A stretch of DNA of 56,841 nt, taken from positions 1 to 56,841 of the forward strand of contig CAYNKI010000001.1 in the NCBI GenBank assembly GCA_964397675.1, given 5' to 3'. How positions within the stretch are numbered: the first letter of the stretch is position 1; every line of letters begins with the position of its first letter. Below the pieces are notes generated by a model. That model had not been told where the DNA came from, did no database searches, and worked only from the letters and a program-made list of their open reading frames with translations. This DNA is from an uncultured Pirellulales bacterium (GTDB lineage Bacteria; Planctomycetota; Phycisphaerae; Sedimentisphaerales; Anaerobacaceae). The position numbers and the translations under genes are program-made. This document shows, one piece after another, positions 42,589 through 49,897 of this stretch.

Positions 42589-45054
42589 ATGGCTAAAAAA
42601 AAACTACAAGATACGACCCCGATGTACATCGGGGCTGACGTACCAACATCAAGACGGCATAAACGTCTTTCAATAATTCAGAAAATTCTAATTGGCTGTA
42701 TTGTTCTGATTGTGGCAATGTTGCTGTATACACTACTGAGGGCTCCCGCAAGGCGGGGTCCCAAATCCTTATCGATGCCCGTTATCGGGAATCGTGTTTC
42801 GGGAATCGGGAATCGTGTTTCGGGAATCGGGAATCGTGCATCGAAACACGAATCACGAACCACAAACCACGAATCACGATTCCCGTCAACTGAGGGTCTG
42901 TCTTTAAAAACTGCTGAAACATTCTATCTTCAGAGGGATTTCGACAAAGCTTACGCCGCGTATAACCAGCTTCGCCTGGACCTGCCCGTCAATGACCAAG
43001 AGGATCAAATGAGAGATTTCCTGCAGCTCAAAATGGCTTTTTGTAGAAAAAACGCTCATAAATCTGAGCAAGCTGAACCCTTATTCAGGGTAGTTTCGAA
43101 AAGTCGCTGCCCTGTTGTAAGAGCAGTTGCCAATTACTATCTCAGCCTGCTCGAAATGCAAAAAGAAAAATACTTGAAGGCTCAAACACAAGCTTACCAG
43201 ACGATTGCTTTAATCAGTGCGCTAACCTTCGATTGGCAGTGGACTTTATCATTGCAGCGAAACTGCCAATTTCTTGTCGCTGAATCGATAACCAGACATG
43301 TCCTCTCACTTTGCGACGCCGATAAAGACATGCCCGTGGAATTATGGAGTAGTATACCAGAAATGGACCCTTTTATAAACCTAAGTGAAGCAGAACTGCG
43401 CTGCCTTTTGAACTCCGGCTCAGAACAATTGCGCGGCGCACTGCTTAGCCCGCAGATTCAACAGCTTGAGCATCAAGGCGGCCCAGTTAGCTGGTCTGTC
43501 ATCTGCAATGGAGCATCTATTGAGGAGCTATTGGCAAGATTTGCTGCCAACGCTGACCTTGATATTGAATGGGCTTGCAACAGTAACCCCGCTCCGATGT
43601 ACATCGGGGCGGAAAAAGACAATTTTCGCAAAAGGCCAGTGTGTTTGTATATGTCATCGGCAACAACGCAGCAGATTGTAACAGTAGCAACTGGTTGTGC
43701 TGGTTTACTGGCTCGAATGGATAATCCCCGCTTTCGCGGGGACAAGCTTGCCCCTGCAGAAGCAGGGGGAACAGTTAAAATCTTCAACCCGTTTAACTAT
43801 ACATCATTATCAGAACATACAGCCTTGCTGGCCCAGGAAGCTGTTTCGCTGTGGCAGATATTTCTGCTGACTTCTGGTGACGACCCCGATGTACATCGGG
43901 GCATCGCCGACGAAGGCAGCCTTGATCCAGTCCAGGGCTCCGCCCTGGCTCATTTTGCATTGGGACTTTTGCAGGCCCAAAGGAGTTGCTTAACCGAAGC
44001 GATTGCCGAGTACAAATTGGTTGCCAATCGCTACCCGCGAACATCTTTTGCACCGTACGCACTGCTGGCCTCCAGCAAGCTGAAAACCAACTTGCACGAC
44101 TATTTTGGTGCCCGTGAGGATTTGAAGCAGCTTACAGAACAATTTTCTGATACTGAACTTTCCGACAAGGCTTGCTTGTATCTTGCTAATGCTACTATGA
44201 AAGCTGGGCTTTTATCCGAAGCCGCCAAGCTATATAGCAAAGTTTACAATCTTGGTTTCTCTTTAGAATCTCAGAGGGATTCTGCAATCGGAGCGGGCAG
44301 GTGTTTCTATGAGAACAAAGACTATGAGAACGCAGCTAAATGGTTAACTCGATATATCAACCTCTCCAAAGACCACACAGATAAAGATTTGTATTTAGCT
44401 TGTTTTCTATTAGGCAAAACCTACCTTGAGCTGAATTTGCCTCAACAAGCCTGCAATGCTTTTGAATCCGCATTAGGTGGACTGGCAGGCCAACATGTCA
44501 TGCAAAAGTATGTAGAGGCCCTATCAGCTTTGGTTAAAACGCAAATCATGCAGGGCCATTTCATAGAGGCATTAAAGTTATTAGAGAATACCAGCTCATG
44601 GCAGCTATCACAGAAAGAATCTCTTGAAATATTACTACTCAAGGCAAGTGCCCTCCGCTCAATGGGCTTGTATGACGAAGTTATTGCGGCACTTCGTGAT
44701 AAGTCGGAGTACGTGCCTGACTCGCAATTAAAGGCCAAAATATTTTTTGAACAGTCCAAATGCTTCCTCGCTAAAGGCAACCTGGAACTTGCTCGTGAGA
44801 AATTAAGCGAAATTCTCGTTTTCATAGAACCTGGGCCTCTGGCGCAAGAAATTGGGTGTGTATTGGCTGATGTTTGTTTGAAGCTCGGCCAGGATTCACA
44901 AGCAATCTCCATTTGTCTACAGCTTTTGGATTCTGCCCCGGAAGATCAAATAAAGCAAAGAGCGTCAAACCTACTGGCAGCAGCTTACACTCAGCAGAAA
45001 AACTATGACCAGGCAGTTTTAGCTCTTTTGGGCCAGGGATATTTAACACAATGA
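42589..45054 (+). CDS. large TPR-repeat membrane-anchored protein
   Basis: ORF 42568..45054. TTG 42568 lies inside the promoter, so ATG 42589 is preferred. One TM (ILIGCIVLIVAMLLYTLL) and many TPR-like repeats. Hosts 3 PAL-A copies, 2 GC hairpins and a 100-nt heptad hairpin. Confidence 0.65.
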   Translation: MAKKKLQDTTPMYIGADVPTSRRHKRLSIIQKILIGCIVLIVAMLLYTLLRAPARRGPKSLSMPVIGNRVSGIGNRVSGIGNRASKHESRTTNHESRFPSTEGLSLKTAETFYLQRDFDKAYAAYNQLRLDLPVNDQEDQMRDFLQLKMAFCRKNAHKSEQAEPLFRVVSKSRCPVVRAVANYYLSLLEMQKEKYLKAQTQAYQTIALISALTFDWQWTLSLQRNCQFLVAESITRHVLSLCDADKDMPVELWSSIPEMDPFINLSEAELRCLLNSGSEQLRGALLSPQIQQLEHQGGPVSWSVICNGASIEELLARFAANADLDIEWACNSNPAPMYIGAEKDNFRKRPVCLYMSSATTQQIVTVATGCAGLLARMDNPRFRGDKLAPAEAGGTVKIFNPFNYTSLSEHTALLAQEAVSLWQIFLLTSGDDPDVHRGIADEGSLDPVQGSALAHFALGLLQAQRSCLTEAIAEYKLVANRYPRTSFAPYALLASSKLKTNLHDYFGAREDLKQLTEQFSDTELSDKACLYLANATMKAGLLSEAAKLYSKVYNLGFSLESQRDSAIGAGRCFYENKDYENAAKWLTRYINLSKDHTDKDLYLACFLLGKTYLELNLPQQACNAFESALGGLAGQHVMQKYVEALSALVKTQIMQGHFIEALKLLENTSSWQLSQKESLEILLLKASALRSMGLYDEVIAALRDKSEYVPDSQLKAKIFFEQSKCFLAKGNLELAREKLSEILVFIEPGPLAQEIGCVLADVCLKLGQDSQAISICLQLLDSAPEDQIKQRASNLLAAAYTQQKNYDQAVLALLGQGYLTQ
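42617..42634. repeat. PAL-A with C..G outer pair
   Basis: In the TPR protein gene (PMYIGA). Confidence 0.95.
42745..42757. repeat. GC hairpin CCCGCAAGGCGGG
   Basis: In the TPR gene (PARRGP). Confidence 0.75.
42786..42885. repeat. 100-nt heptad hairpin (GGGAATC / GTGTTTC units pairing with GAAACAC / GAATCAC units)
   Basis: Inside the TPR CDS, translated as IGNRVSGIGNRVSGIGNRASKHESRTTNHESRF. The terminal CGGGAATCGTG pairs with CACGATTCCCG. Confidence 0.85.
43592..43609. repeat. PAL-A, 1 mismatch
   Basis: CTCCGATGTACATCGGGG in the TPR protein gene (PMYIGA). Confidence 0.8.
43725..43742. repeat. GC hairpin family 2, opposite orientation
   Basis: TCCCCGCTTTCGCGGGGA in the TPR gene (NPRFRGD). 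Exact reverse complement of the 6691 copy. Confidence 0.85.
43884..43901. repeat. PAL-A with C..G outer pair
   Basis: In the TPR protein gene (PDVHRG). Confidence 0.95.
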
Positions 45055-45908
45055 AAGTTAAAACTAAAAACATAAAGCCGAACGCGATTCTCAATAAACG
45101 AAACTCGATCCCGATGCACATCGGGACTCGCTTATTGTTTGTGACCGGTTGTCTCTTAGCAGTCCCGATGTACATCGGGATTGCAATTGCATCAGAGCAA
45201 CCTGGCTCAACTGAAACGCCACAGCATCCCGATGTACATCGGGACTTGTGGCAAAACAGGATTAGCGTTCCTGAAAGAGGGGAGGATAAAAAATACAAAA
45301 ATGAGCTTTGGGGTTTGATTGAGCAAATCCGCTCCATTCAATTTGAACCAAAGAGCCAAGAGCCTAAGCCTGTCCCGACGTACATCGGGATTGAGCCAGC
45401 TCCAATCCGCCTTCAGCAAGAACCTAATGAAACCTCATTAATAACTAAAGCGCCACAGGAGCCCCGTAAATCGGGGCAGCCTGAGCCGGACAAGGAATTG
45501 CAATATGAGCCAGTATCCGATCAAACATTACAAATGCTGGAGAATATATCACAATCCGCCACGGAGCGGAACCAATTAGGCAATCCTCTTGAGCTGGCAG
45601 AAATTCTGTTTCGCAGCGGTCATCTGGAACAAGCAGCGGTGTTTTATGAACAAGCCCTTAATCGCAAGGATCCGAACGATGTCAAGGACCCCGCCCTGGC
45701 TCAGGATAGAGCCTGGATTTTATTTCAAATAGGCAATTGCTTAGGGCAAGTCCCGATGTACATCGGGATGCCCGCAGCAAAGAAGATGTATAGACAGCTA
45801 ATTGTAGAATATCCCAATTCTCCATGGACTGATTTAGCTAAGGCCCGGGAGAAATTAATTGACTGGTACCTGAGCGAAAAACCTCAAACATTGATTGCTA
45901 TGGAGTAA
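45051..45908 (+). CDS. protein with C-terminal TPR/YbgF-like domain; N-terminal half riddled with palindrome copies
   Basis: C-terminus AAVFYEQALNRKDPND...YRQLIVEYPNSPWTDLAKAREKL. Five PAL-A copies in 285 aa. Overlaps the upstream gene by 4 nt. Confidence 0.55.
   Translation: MKVKTKNIKPNAILNKRNSIPMHIGTRLLFVTGCLLAVPMYIGIAIASEQPGSTETPQHPDVHRDLWQNRISVPERGEDKKYKNELWGLIEQIRSIQFEPKSQEPKPVPTYIGIEPAPIRLQQEPNETSLITKAPQEPRKSGQPEPDKELQYEPVSDQTLQMLENISQSATERNQLGNPLELAEILFRSGHLEQAAVFYEQALNRKDPNDVKDPALAQDRAWILFQIGNCLGQVPMYIGMPAAKKMYRQLIVEYPNSPWTDLAKAREKLIDWYLSEKPQTLIAME
45109..45126. repeat. PAL-A, centre GCAC
   Basis: In ORF 45051 (PMHIGT). Confidence 0.9.
45163..45180. repeat. PAL-A
   Basis: Perfect, in ORF 45051 (PMYIGI). 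Confidence 0.95.
45227..45244. repeat. PAL-A
   Basis: Perfect, in ORF 45051 (PDVHRD). Confidence 0.95.
45373..45390. repeat. PAL-A, 1 mismatch
   Basis: TCCCGACGTACATCGGGA in ORF 45051 (PTYIGI). Confidence 0.8.
45462..45476. repeat. PAL-like hairpin
   Basis: CCCCGTAAATCGGGG in ORF 45051. Confidence 0.5.
45751..45768. repeat. PAL-A
   Basis: Perfect, in ORF 45051 (PMYIGM). Confidence 0.95.
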
Positions 45909-45913
45909 CACAG

Positions 45914-47542
45914 GTGAATAGAAACGAATCAGACAATCCCGATGTACATCGGGACCAAGGTTTTCCGCGAAGTAAGGTCTCAAGCAAGCAACGTGACAAT
46001 ACCTCCAATGTGCTAATAGTTGATAGTGACCCTGCCGTGGCTCGGTTTATGTTGGAGATTTTAGCTCACAAAGGAATTCGCGCAAATCTTGTCGATGATG
46101 GAAAAGCCGCTTTTGACTTTCTCGACAAGAATAACTGCGACCTTGTATTTATTAACAACAAGATTAGTCAACCACACAGCACTTTCGAGCTGCTAAGCAA
46201 AATCAGGATAGATTCACCGGAGCTGCCGGTGGTTGTGTTAGCCGAGCTCGACGCTGGATGCTCATCACGAAGTGCTTCGGGATCGTCCATCGTCCATCGT
46301 CCGACGAGTCGCCCCGATGTACATCGGGGAGTGCCGAGGGACATGCCGCGCTTGGTAGCCCAAACGGCTGTAAAGGCAATTCGTGCAGGTTGTTGTGATT
46401 TCCTAATCAAGCCTCTTGATCGTGAAAAAATTGAGTCTCTGTTGGATACCTTCCTACCCAACCATAGTGTCTCAACAATAGCCTCGGCCCAGGATGGTAG
46501 TCGCTATCTTTATCAGATTGTAGGCAAAAGCCCAAAACTAATTCAAACCATCAATTTAGCCCAAAGGATAGCTCCCACATCGACACCAGCTTTAATAAGC
46601 GGTGAAAGTGGAACAGGCAAAGAGCTCATTTCTTTCCTTATCCACCACAAAAGCAAAAGGATTCAAGGTCCATACATCAAAGTCAGTTGTGTGGCATTAA
46701 GTGACTCACTTCTGGAAAGCGAATTGTTCGGCCATGAAAAAGGCGCCTTCACCGGTGCCTACGCTCAACGTAAGGGGCGATTTGAAATGGCCCATGGTGG
46801 GACCTTGCTTTTAGACGAAATTACTGAAACACCTCTGAAGTTCCAGGCTAAGCTGCTTCGGATACTCGAACAGCAAGAGTTTGAACGGGTCGGAGGAAAT
46901 GAAAACATCAGAGTTAATGTTCGGATAATAAGCACCACCAACAAAGATTTATTGCAAGAAGTTCAACAAAACCGGTTCCGCCAGGACCTTTACTATCGGT
47001 TAAGTGGGGTAAGATTAGTCATCCCACCTCTAAGACAACGTCCTGAAGATTTGCCCGAGCTGATATGGCATTTCGTCAATCTTCATGCACGTGAATCACG
47101 ACGCACTATAACTAAACTTGACGATGCAATGATAGATATTTTTGCCAAATATCATTGGCCTGGCAATGTCCGGCAATTACGAAACGTTGTGCTGACTTCA
47201 TTGATTTTAGGAGCTGGACCAATCCTTTCATTAGCGGATGTCTCCTGGCTCTTTGATGAGCTCGCACCGCTGTCACAGACTGGATGGACACAAGGTGGCA
47301 GCCTCAAAGGTAAAGCCTTTGGGGATGGCCATCGCCAAGCTGTGCTTGACGCTGCCACCCATCAGGGGCTGGGTGGCATACCGTTAGTTCAAATAGAGCA
47401 ACAAGCAATTTTGGATACCTTGCGTCAGACAGCAGGTAACCAGACTAAAGCTGCAAAAGTATTAGGCATTAGTGATCGAACGTTAAGAGACAAAGTTCGC
47501 CGATATCGATCCGCCGAGGCAAACTTGCAACCAGTCGGATAA
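45914..47542 (+). CDS. sigma54-dependent activator with atypical receiver domain (FleR/FlrC-like position)
   Basis: GTG start with GGAG upstream. REC-like N-terminus (VLIVDSDPAV...). AAA+ motifs GESGTGKELIS, ESELFGH, GAFTGA. HTH (KAAKVLGISDRTLRDKVRRY). Three PAL copies and a heptad array lie inside the CDS. Confidence 0.85.
   Translation: MNRNESDNPDVHRDQGFPRSKVSSKQRDNTSNVLIVDSDPAVARFMLEILAHKGIRANLVDDGKAAFDFLDKNNCDLVFINNKISQPHSTFELLSKIRIDSPELPVVVLAELDAGCSSRSASGSSIVHRPTSRPDVHRGVPRDMPRLVAQTAVKAIRAGCCDFLIKPLDREKIESLLDTFLPNHSVSTIASAQDGSRYLYQIVGKSPKLIQTINLAQRIAPTSTPALISGESGTGKELISFLIHHKSKRIQGPYIKVSCVALSDSLLESELFGHEKGAFTGAYAQRKGRFEMAHGGTLLLDEITETPLKFQAKLLRILEQQEFERVGGNENIRVNVRIISTTNKDLLQEVQQNRFRQDLYYRLSGVRLVIPPLRQRPEDLPELIWHFVNLHARESRRTITKLDDAMIDIFAKYHWPGNVRQLRNVVLTSLILGAGPILSLADVSWLFDELAPLSQTGWTQGGSLKGKAFGDGHRQAVLDAATHQGLGGIPLVQIEQQAILDTLRQTAGNQTKAAKVLGISDRTLRDKVRRYRSAEANLQPVG
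45937..45954. repeat. PAL-A
   Basis: Perfect, in the activator-2 N-terminus (PDVHRD). Confidence 0.95.
46265..46282. repeat. PAL-B, degenerate
   Basis: TCACGAAGTGCTTCGGGA in the activator-2 receiver domain (RSASG). Confidence 0.7.
46281..46308. repeat. tandem heptads (CATCGTC)
   Basis: Between two PAL copies in the activator-2 receiver domain. Reverse complement of the 52494 array units. Confidence 0.75.
46312..46329. repeat. PAL-A with C..G outer pair
   Basis: In the activator-2 receiver domain (PDVHRG). Confidence 0.95.
47295..47360. repeat. family 3 inverted repeat
   Basis: GGTGGCAGCCTCAA (47295-47308) pairs with TTGACGCTGCCACC (47346-47359), inside activator 2. Confidence 0.6.
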
Positions 47543-47561
47543 TCAGTGACAAATTGACCCC

Positions 47562-47579
47562 TCCCGAAGTGCTTCGGGA
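47562..47579. repeat. PAL-B, centre GTGC
   Basis: Intergenic between activator 2 and fliL. Confidence 0.9.
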
Positions 47580-47601
47580 TAATTAAAGTGAAGAATCGAA
47601 A

Positions 47602-48252
47602 ATGGCAGACAAAAAAAATGCAGAAAAACTCGTTCCTGCGAAGGCCGAGGCCGTAGCGGGGCAAAAAAAACTGGAGCAGCAAAAGTTCGATGAGGCCTCC
47701 GAAAAGGTTGATCCCCAGAAGGCCACGGCAGGCAGCCGCAGGCAGTGGATAATAATTGCTGTTGTTGTGGTTGTCTGCGCCGGTACCGGCTTTGGACTCG
47801 GTCGTTTATTTGGCTGGTCCGGTAGTAGCAAAATAGCTGAACCTTCCCAATCTCAACAAACAGAATCAAATCACACACAGCTATTCGAAAAAGATAGTGA
47901 TGCCACGGATTCAGCATCCCAAAGTACTTCGGGATGGTTCTACGACTTTGACCCTGTGGTGGCAAATCTTAATGAGCCGAGCGTAACGCGCTACATTCGA
48001 GTGGCACTGACACTGCAAATAAGTACTGAATTGGACCAAAAAAAGCTCTCCGCTTTTATTGAGGAAAAGAAGCCGCTCTTGAAAAATTGGCTTACCATTT
48101 ACCTTGCAAATCAGACCCTTGAAGATATTCGAGGTGACAGGAATCTTCTGCGTATTCAATCAGAAATATTGGATGCTTTTAATGAAAGACTTTTCCCTGA
48201 TGCCAAACCTAAAATTAAGAACGTTCTTTTTAGTGAATTCGCTGTACAATGA
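47602..48252 (+). CDS. fliL: flagellar basal body-associated protein FliL
   Basis: Single TM and a FliL-type C-terminal domain (FDPVVANLNE...YIRVALTLQ...LRIQSEILDAFNERL). Precedes fliM. Confidence 0.8.
   Translation: MADKKNAEKLVPAKAEAVAGQKKLEQQKFDEASEKVDPQKATAGSRRQWIIIAVVVVVCAGTGFGLGRLFGWSGSSKIAEPSQSQQTESNHTQLFEKDSDATDSASQSTSGWFYDFDPVVANLNEPSVTRYIRVALTLQISTELDQKKLSAFIEEKKPLLKNWLTIYLANQTLEDIRGDRNLLRIQSEILDAFNERLFPDAKPKIKNVLFSEFAVQ
47917..47934. repeat. PAL-B, 1 mismatch
   Basis: TCCCAAAGTACTTCGGGA in fliL (QSTSG). Confidence 0.8.
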
Positions 48253-49355
48253 GTAATGGCGTTGCTAACAATTTAAGTAGAGAAAATATTCGAAAGCTTC
48301 TCGCTGCTATAGGCTCTGGGCCAGCAGAAGATACACAAATAGAAGTCTCTGAGTATGATTGGCATCAGCCTCATTATTTTAGTAGCAGCCAGCTCAACAG
48401 ACTTGATAATTTCACAGAGAAAATAGCCGCAGCAATAGCTGAAACATTTTCTCAGCTTTATCACAATGATTTTAATGTCACTATTACTTCGAACACCCAG
48501 CACTTTGCCAGTGAGCTTTTCGAACAAGTATTAAACAGTGGACAAAACGATTATTACCTGGCATTTGGCACCGATCAGGAACATCTATGTGGACTCATTG
48601 ACGTACCCCAGCAAACGGCAGTTACCTGGACAAAGCAATTGCTCGGTGATGACGAATCTGAAAAAGATACAGGGGACACCACATCACAGCCCGACCCCGA
48701 TGTACATCGGGGCTCATCCCGAAGTGCTTCGGGATTATCGCAACTGGAAGAATCCCTTTTGTTCGACATTGTCTCAGCAATCGTGTCCCAATGTACCCCG
48801 ATGTCCATCGGGGATTTGCAGCCGGTCTCTGAACTTGTCAAAGGCCAGTTGCCCATCAAGCTGTCCACCACTCCCGATTTTAAATCGGGACTACAACCCG
48901 TACAAGAAATCAGTAAGATTGTTTTTAGCATCGAAAAAGCCTCCTCTGCCGACGACAAGCCCGCAGCAGCCTGTGAAGCTTACCTTTTAATACCTTGCAG
49001 CAGACTGGCACCTGCCGTGGGAAAAATCATAGAAGCTGATAAAAATCCCAATGTACATCGGGATGATGATATCTCAAAAGCGATACTTGAGCATCTACAG
49101 CAAATGCCGGTTTCTGTTACGGCTCAATTGGCGGTTGCTGTGCTTACTTTTGAACAGATAATTAGCCTTAGCCCTTATGATATATTGTTACTTGATAAAG
49201 CGATCAATGAACCGATTGAATTGGTTGTTGAAGGCCGAACAGTTCTTCGTGGTCAGCCCACAAAATCGGCTGGCCAGCACGCTATTGTGTTCACAGAGGT
49301 CCCAATGTACAGCGGGACAAAAGCTAAATCACAGGCATTAAATGACTTGACATGA
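48249..49355 (+). CDS. fliM: flagellar motor switch protein FliM
   Basis: N-terminus LSRENIRKLL and a C-terminal SpoA-type domain (VTAQLAVAVLTFEQIISLSPYDILLLDK...ELVVEGRTVLRGQP). Five PAL copies plus one stem-variant hairpin in the middle domain. Confidence 0.8.
   Translation: MSNGVANNLSRENIRKLLAAIGSGPAEDTQIEVSEYDWHQPHYFSSSQLNRLDNFTEKIAAAIAETFSQLYHNDFNVTITSNTQHFASELFEQVLNSGQNDYYLAFGTDQEHLCGLIDVPQQTAVTWTKQLLGDDESEKDTGDTTSQPDPDVHRGSSRSASGLSQLEESLLFDIVSAIVSQCTPMSIGDLQPVSELVKGQLPIKLSTTPDFKSGLQPVQEISKIVFSIEKASSADDKPAAACEAYLLIPCSRLAPAVGKIIEADKNPNVHRDDDISKAILEHLQQMPVSVTAQLAVAVLTFEQIISLSPYDILLLDKAINEPIELVVEGRTVLRGQPTKSAGQHAIVFTEVPMYSGTKAKSQALNDLT
48695..48712. repeat. PAL-A with C..G outer pair
   Basis: In fliM (PDVHRG). 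A PAL-B copy follows 4 nt downstream. Confidence 0.95.
48717..48734. repeat. PAL-B, centre GTGC
   Basis: In fliM (RSASG). Confidence 0.9.
48796..48813. repeat. PAL-A, centre GTCC
   Basis: CCCCGATGTCCATCGGGG in fliM (PMSIGD). Confidence 0.8.
48872..48890. repeat. PAL stem with a different loop
   Basis: TCCCGATTTTAAATCGGGA in fliM (PDFKSG). Confidence 0.7.
49046..49063. repeat. PAL-A, 1 mismatch
   Basis: TCCCAATGTACATCGGGA in fliM (PNVHRD). Confidence 0.8.
49300..49317. repeat. PAL-A, 2 mismatches
   Basis: TCCCAATGTACAGCGGGA in fliM (PMYSGT). Confidence 0.65.
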
Positions 49356-49370
49356 CGAAAGGAGCGTCAT

Positions 49371-49826
49371 ATGGCAAAAGCAGCTAAAGCAACAGAAGAA
49401 AAAGCTCATCCCGATGTACATCGGGATCAACCATCACAGGATGATACCTCACAAGCTGACTCTAAAAAGCAGGTACAGGCGGTTGATTTTCCAGAGGCCC
49501 CGATGCCCATCGGGGAATCTTCAGGTTCGGGCGGCAAATTAGACATCATACTGGATATGAACGTGCCTGTTACCATTGCCATTGGACAAACGGAGATACC
49601 AGTCCGGAGACTTTTGCAACTTGGCCCCGGCTCAGTATTGAAGCTCGGTAAACCTATTGATGAACCAGCTGATTTGTACTTGAAGGACGCTAAGTTTGCT
49701 ACAGGGGACGTAGTAGTAGTAGACGGCCGGTTCGCCGTCAGAATAAAACAGGTTATTGGCGGGACCCCGGATAGCGAGAATCCCGCAGGTAGCGCTTCCG
49801 ATCCCGATGTACATCGGGATAGCTGA
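49371..49826 (+). CDS. fliN: flagellar motor switch protein FliN
   Basis: SpoA domain ILDMNVPVTIAIGQTEIPVRRLLQLGPGSVLKLGKPIDEPADLYLKDAKFATGDVVVVDGRFAVRIKQVI. Three PAL copies in the N- and C-terminal tails. Confidence 0.9.
   Translation: MAKAAKATEEKAHPDVHRDQPSQDDTSQADSKKQVQAVDFPEAPMPIGESSGSGGKLDIILDMNVPVTIAIGQTEIPVRRLLQLGPGSVLKLGKPIDEPADLYLKDAKFATGDVVVVDGRFAVRIKQVIGGTPDSENPAGSASDPDVHRDS
49409..49426. repeat. PAL-A
   Basis: Perfect, in the fliN N-terminal tail (PDVHRD). Confidence 0.95.
49498..49515. repeat. PAL-A, centre GCCC
   Basis: CCCCGATGCCCATCGGGG in fliN (PMPIGE). Confidence 0.8.
49802..49819. repeat. PAL-A
   Basis: Perfect. Encodes the last residues of fliN (PDVHRD-S-stop). Confidence 0.95.
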
Positions 49827-49846
49827 AACTATCATAGCCCCCGTCC

Positions 49847-49864
49847 CCCCGATGTACATCGGGG
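49847..49864. repeat. PAL-A with C..G outer pair, followed by a partial duplication GTACATCGG
   Basis: Lies between fliN and flhA. Confidence 0.9.
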
Positions 49865-49897
49865 TACATCGGCATGACGGTGGCAGAAGGATTCATA

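Noticed and set aside
40355-49864. The dense short repeats might form a CRISPR array.
   Set aside because: The repeats are only 18 bp and are themselves perfect palindromes. Spacing is irregular (4 nt to several kb), most copies lie inside conserved genes, and no cas genes are present.
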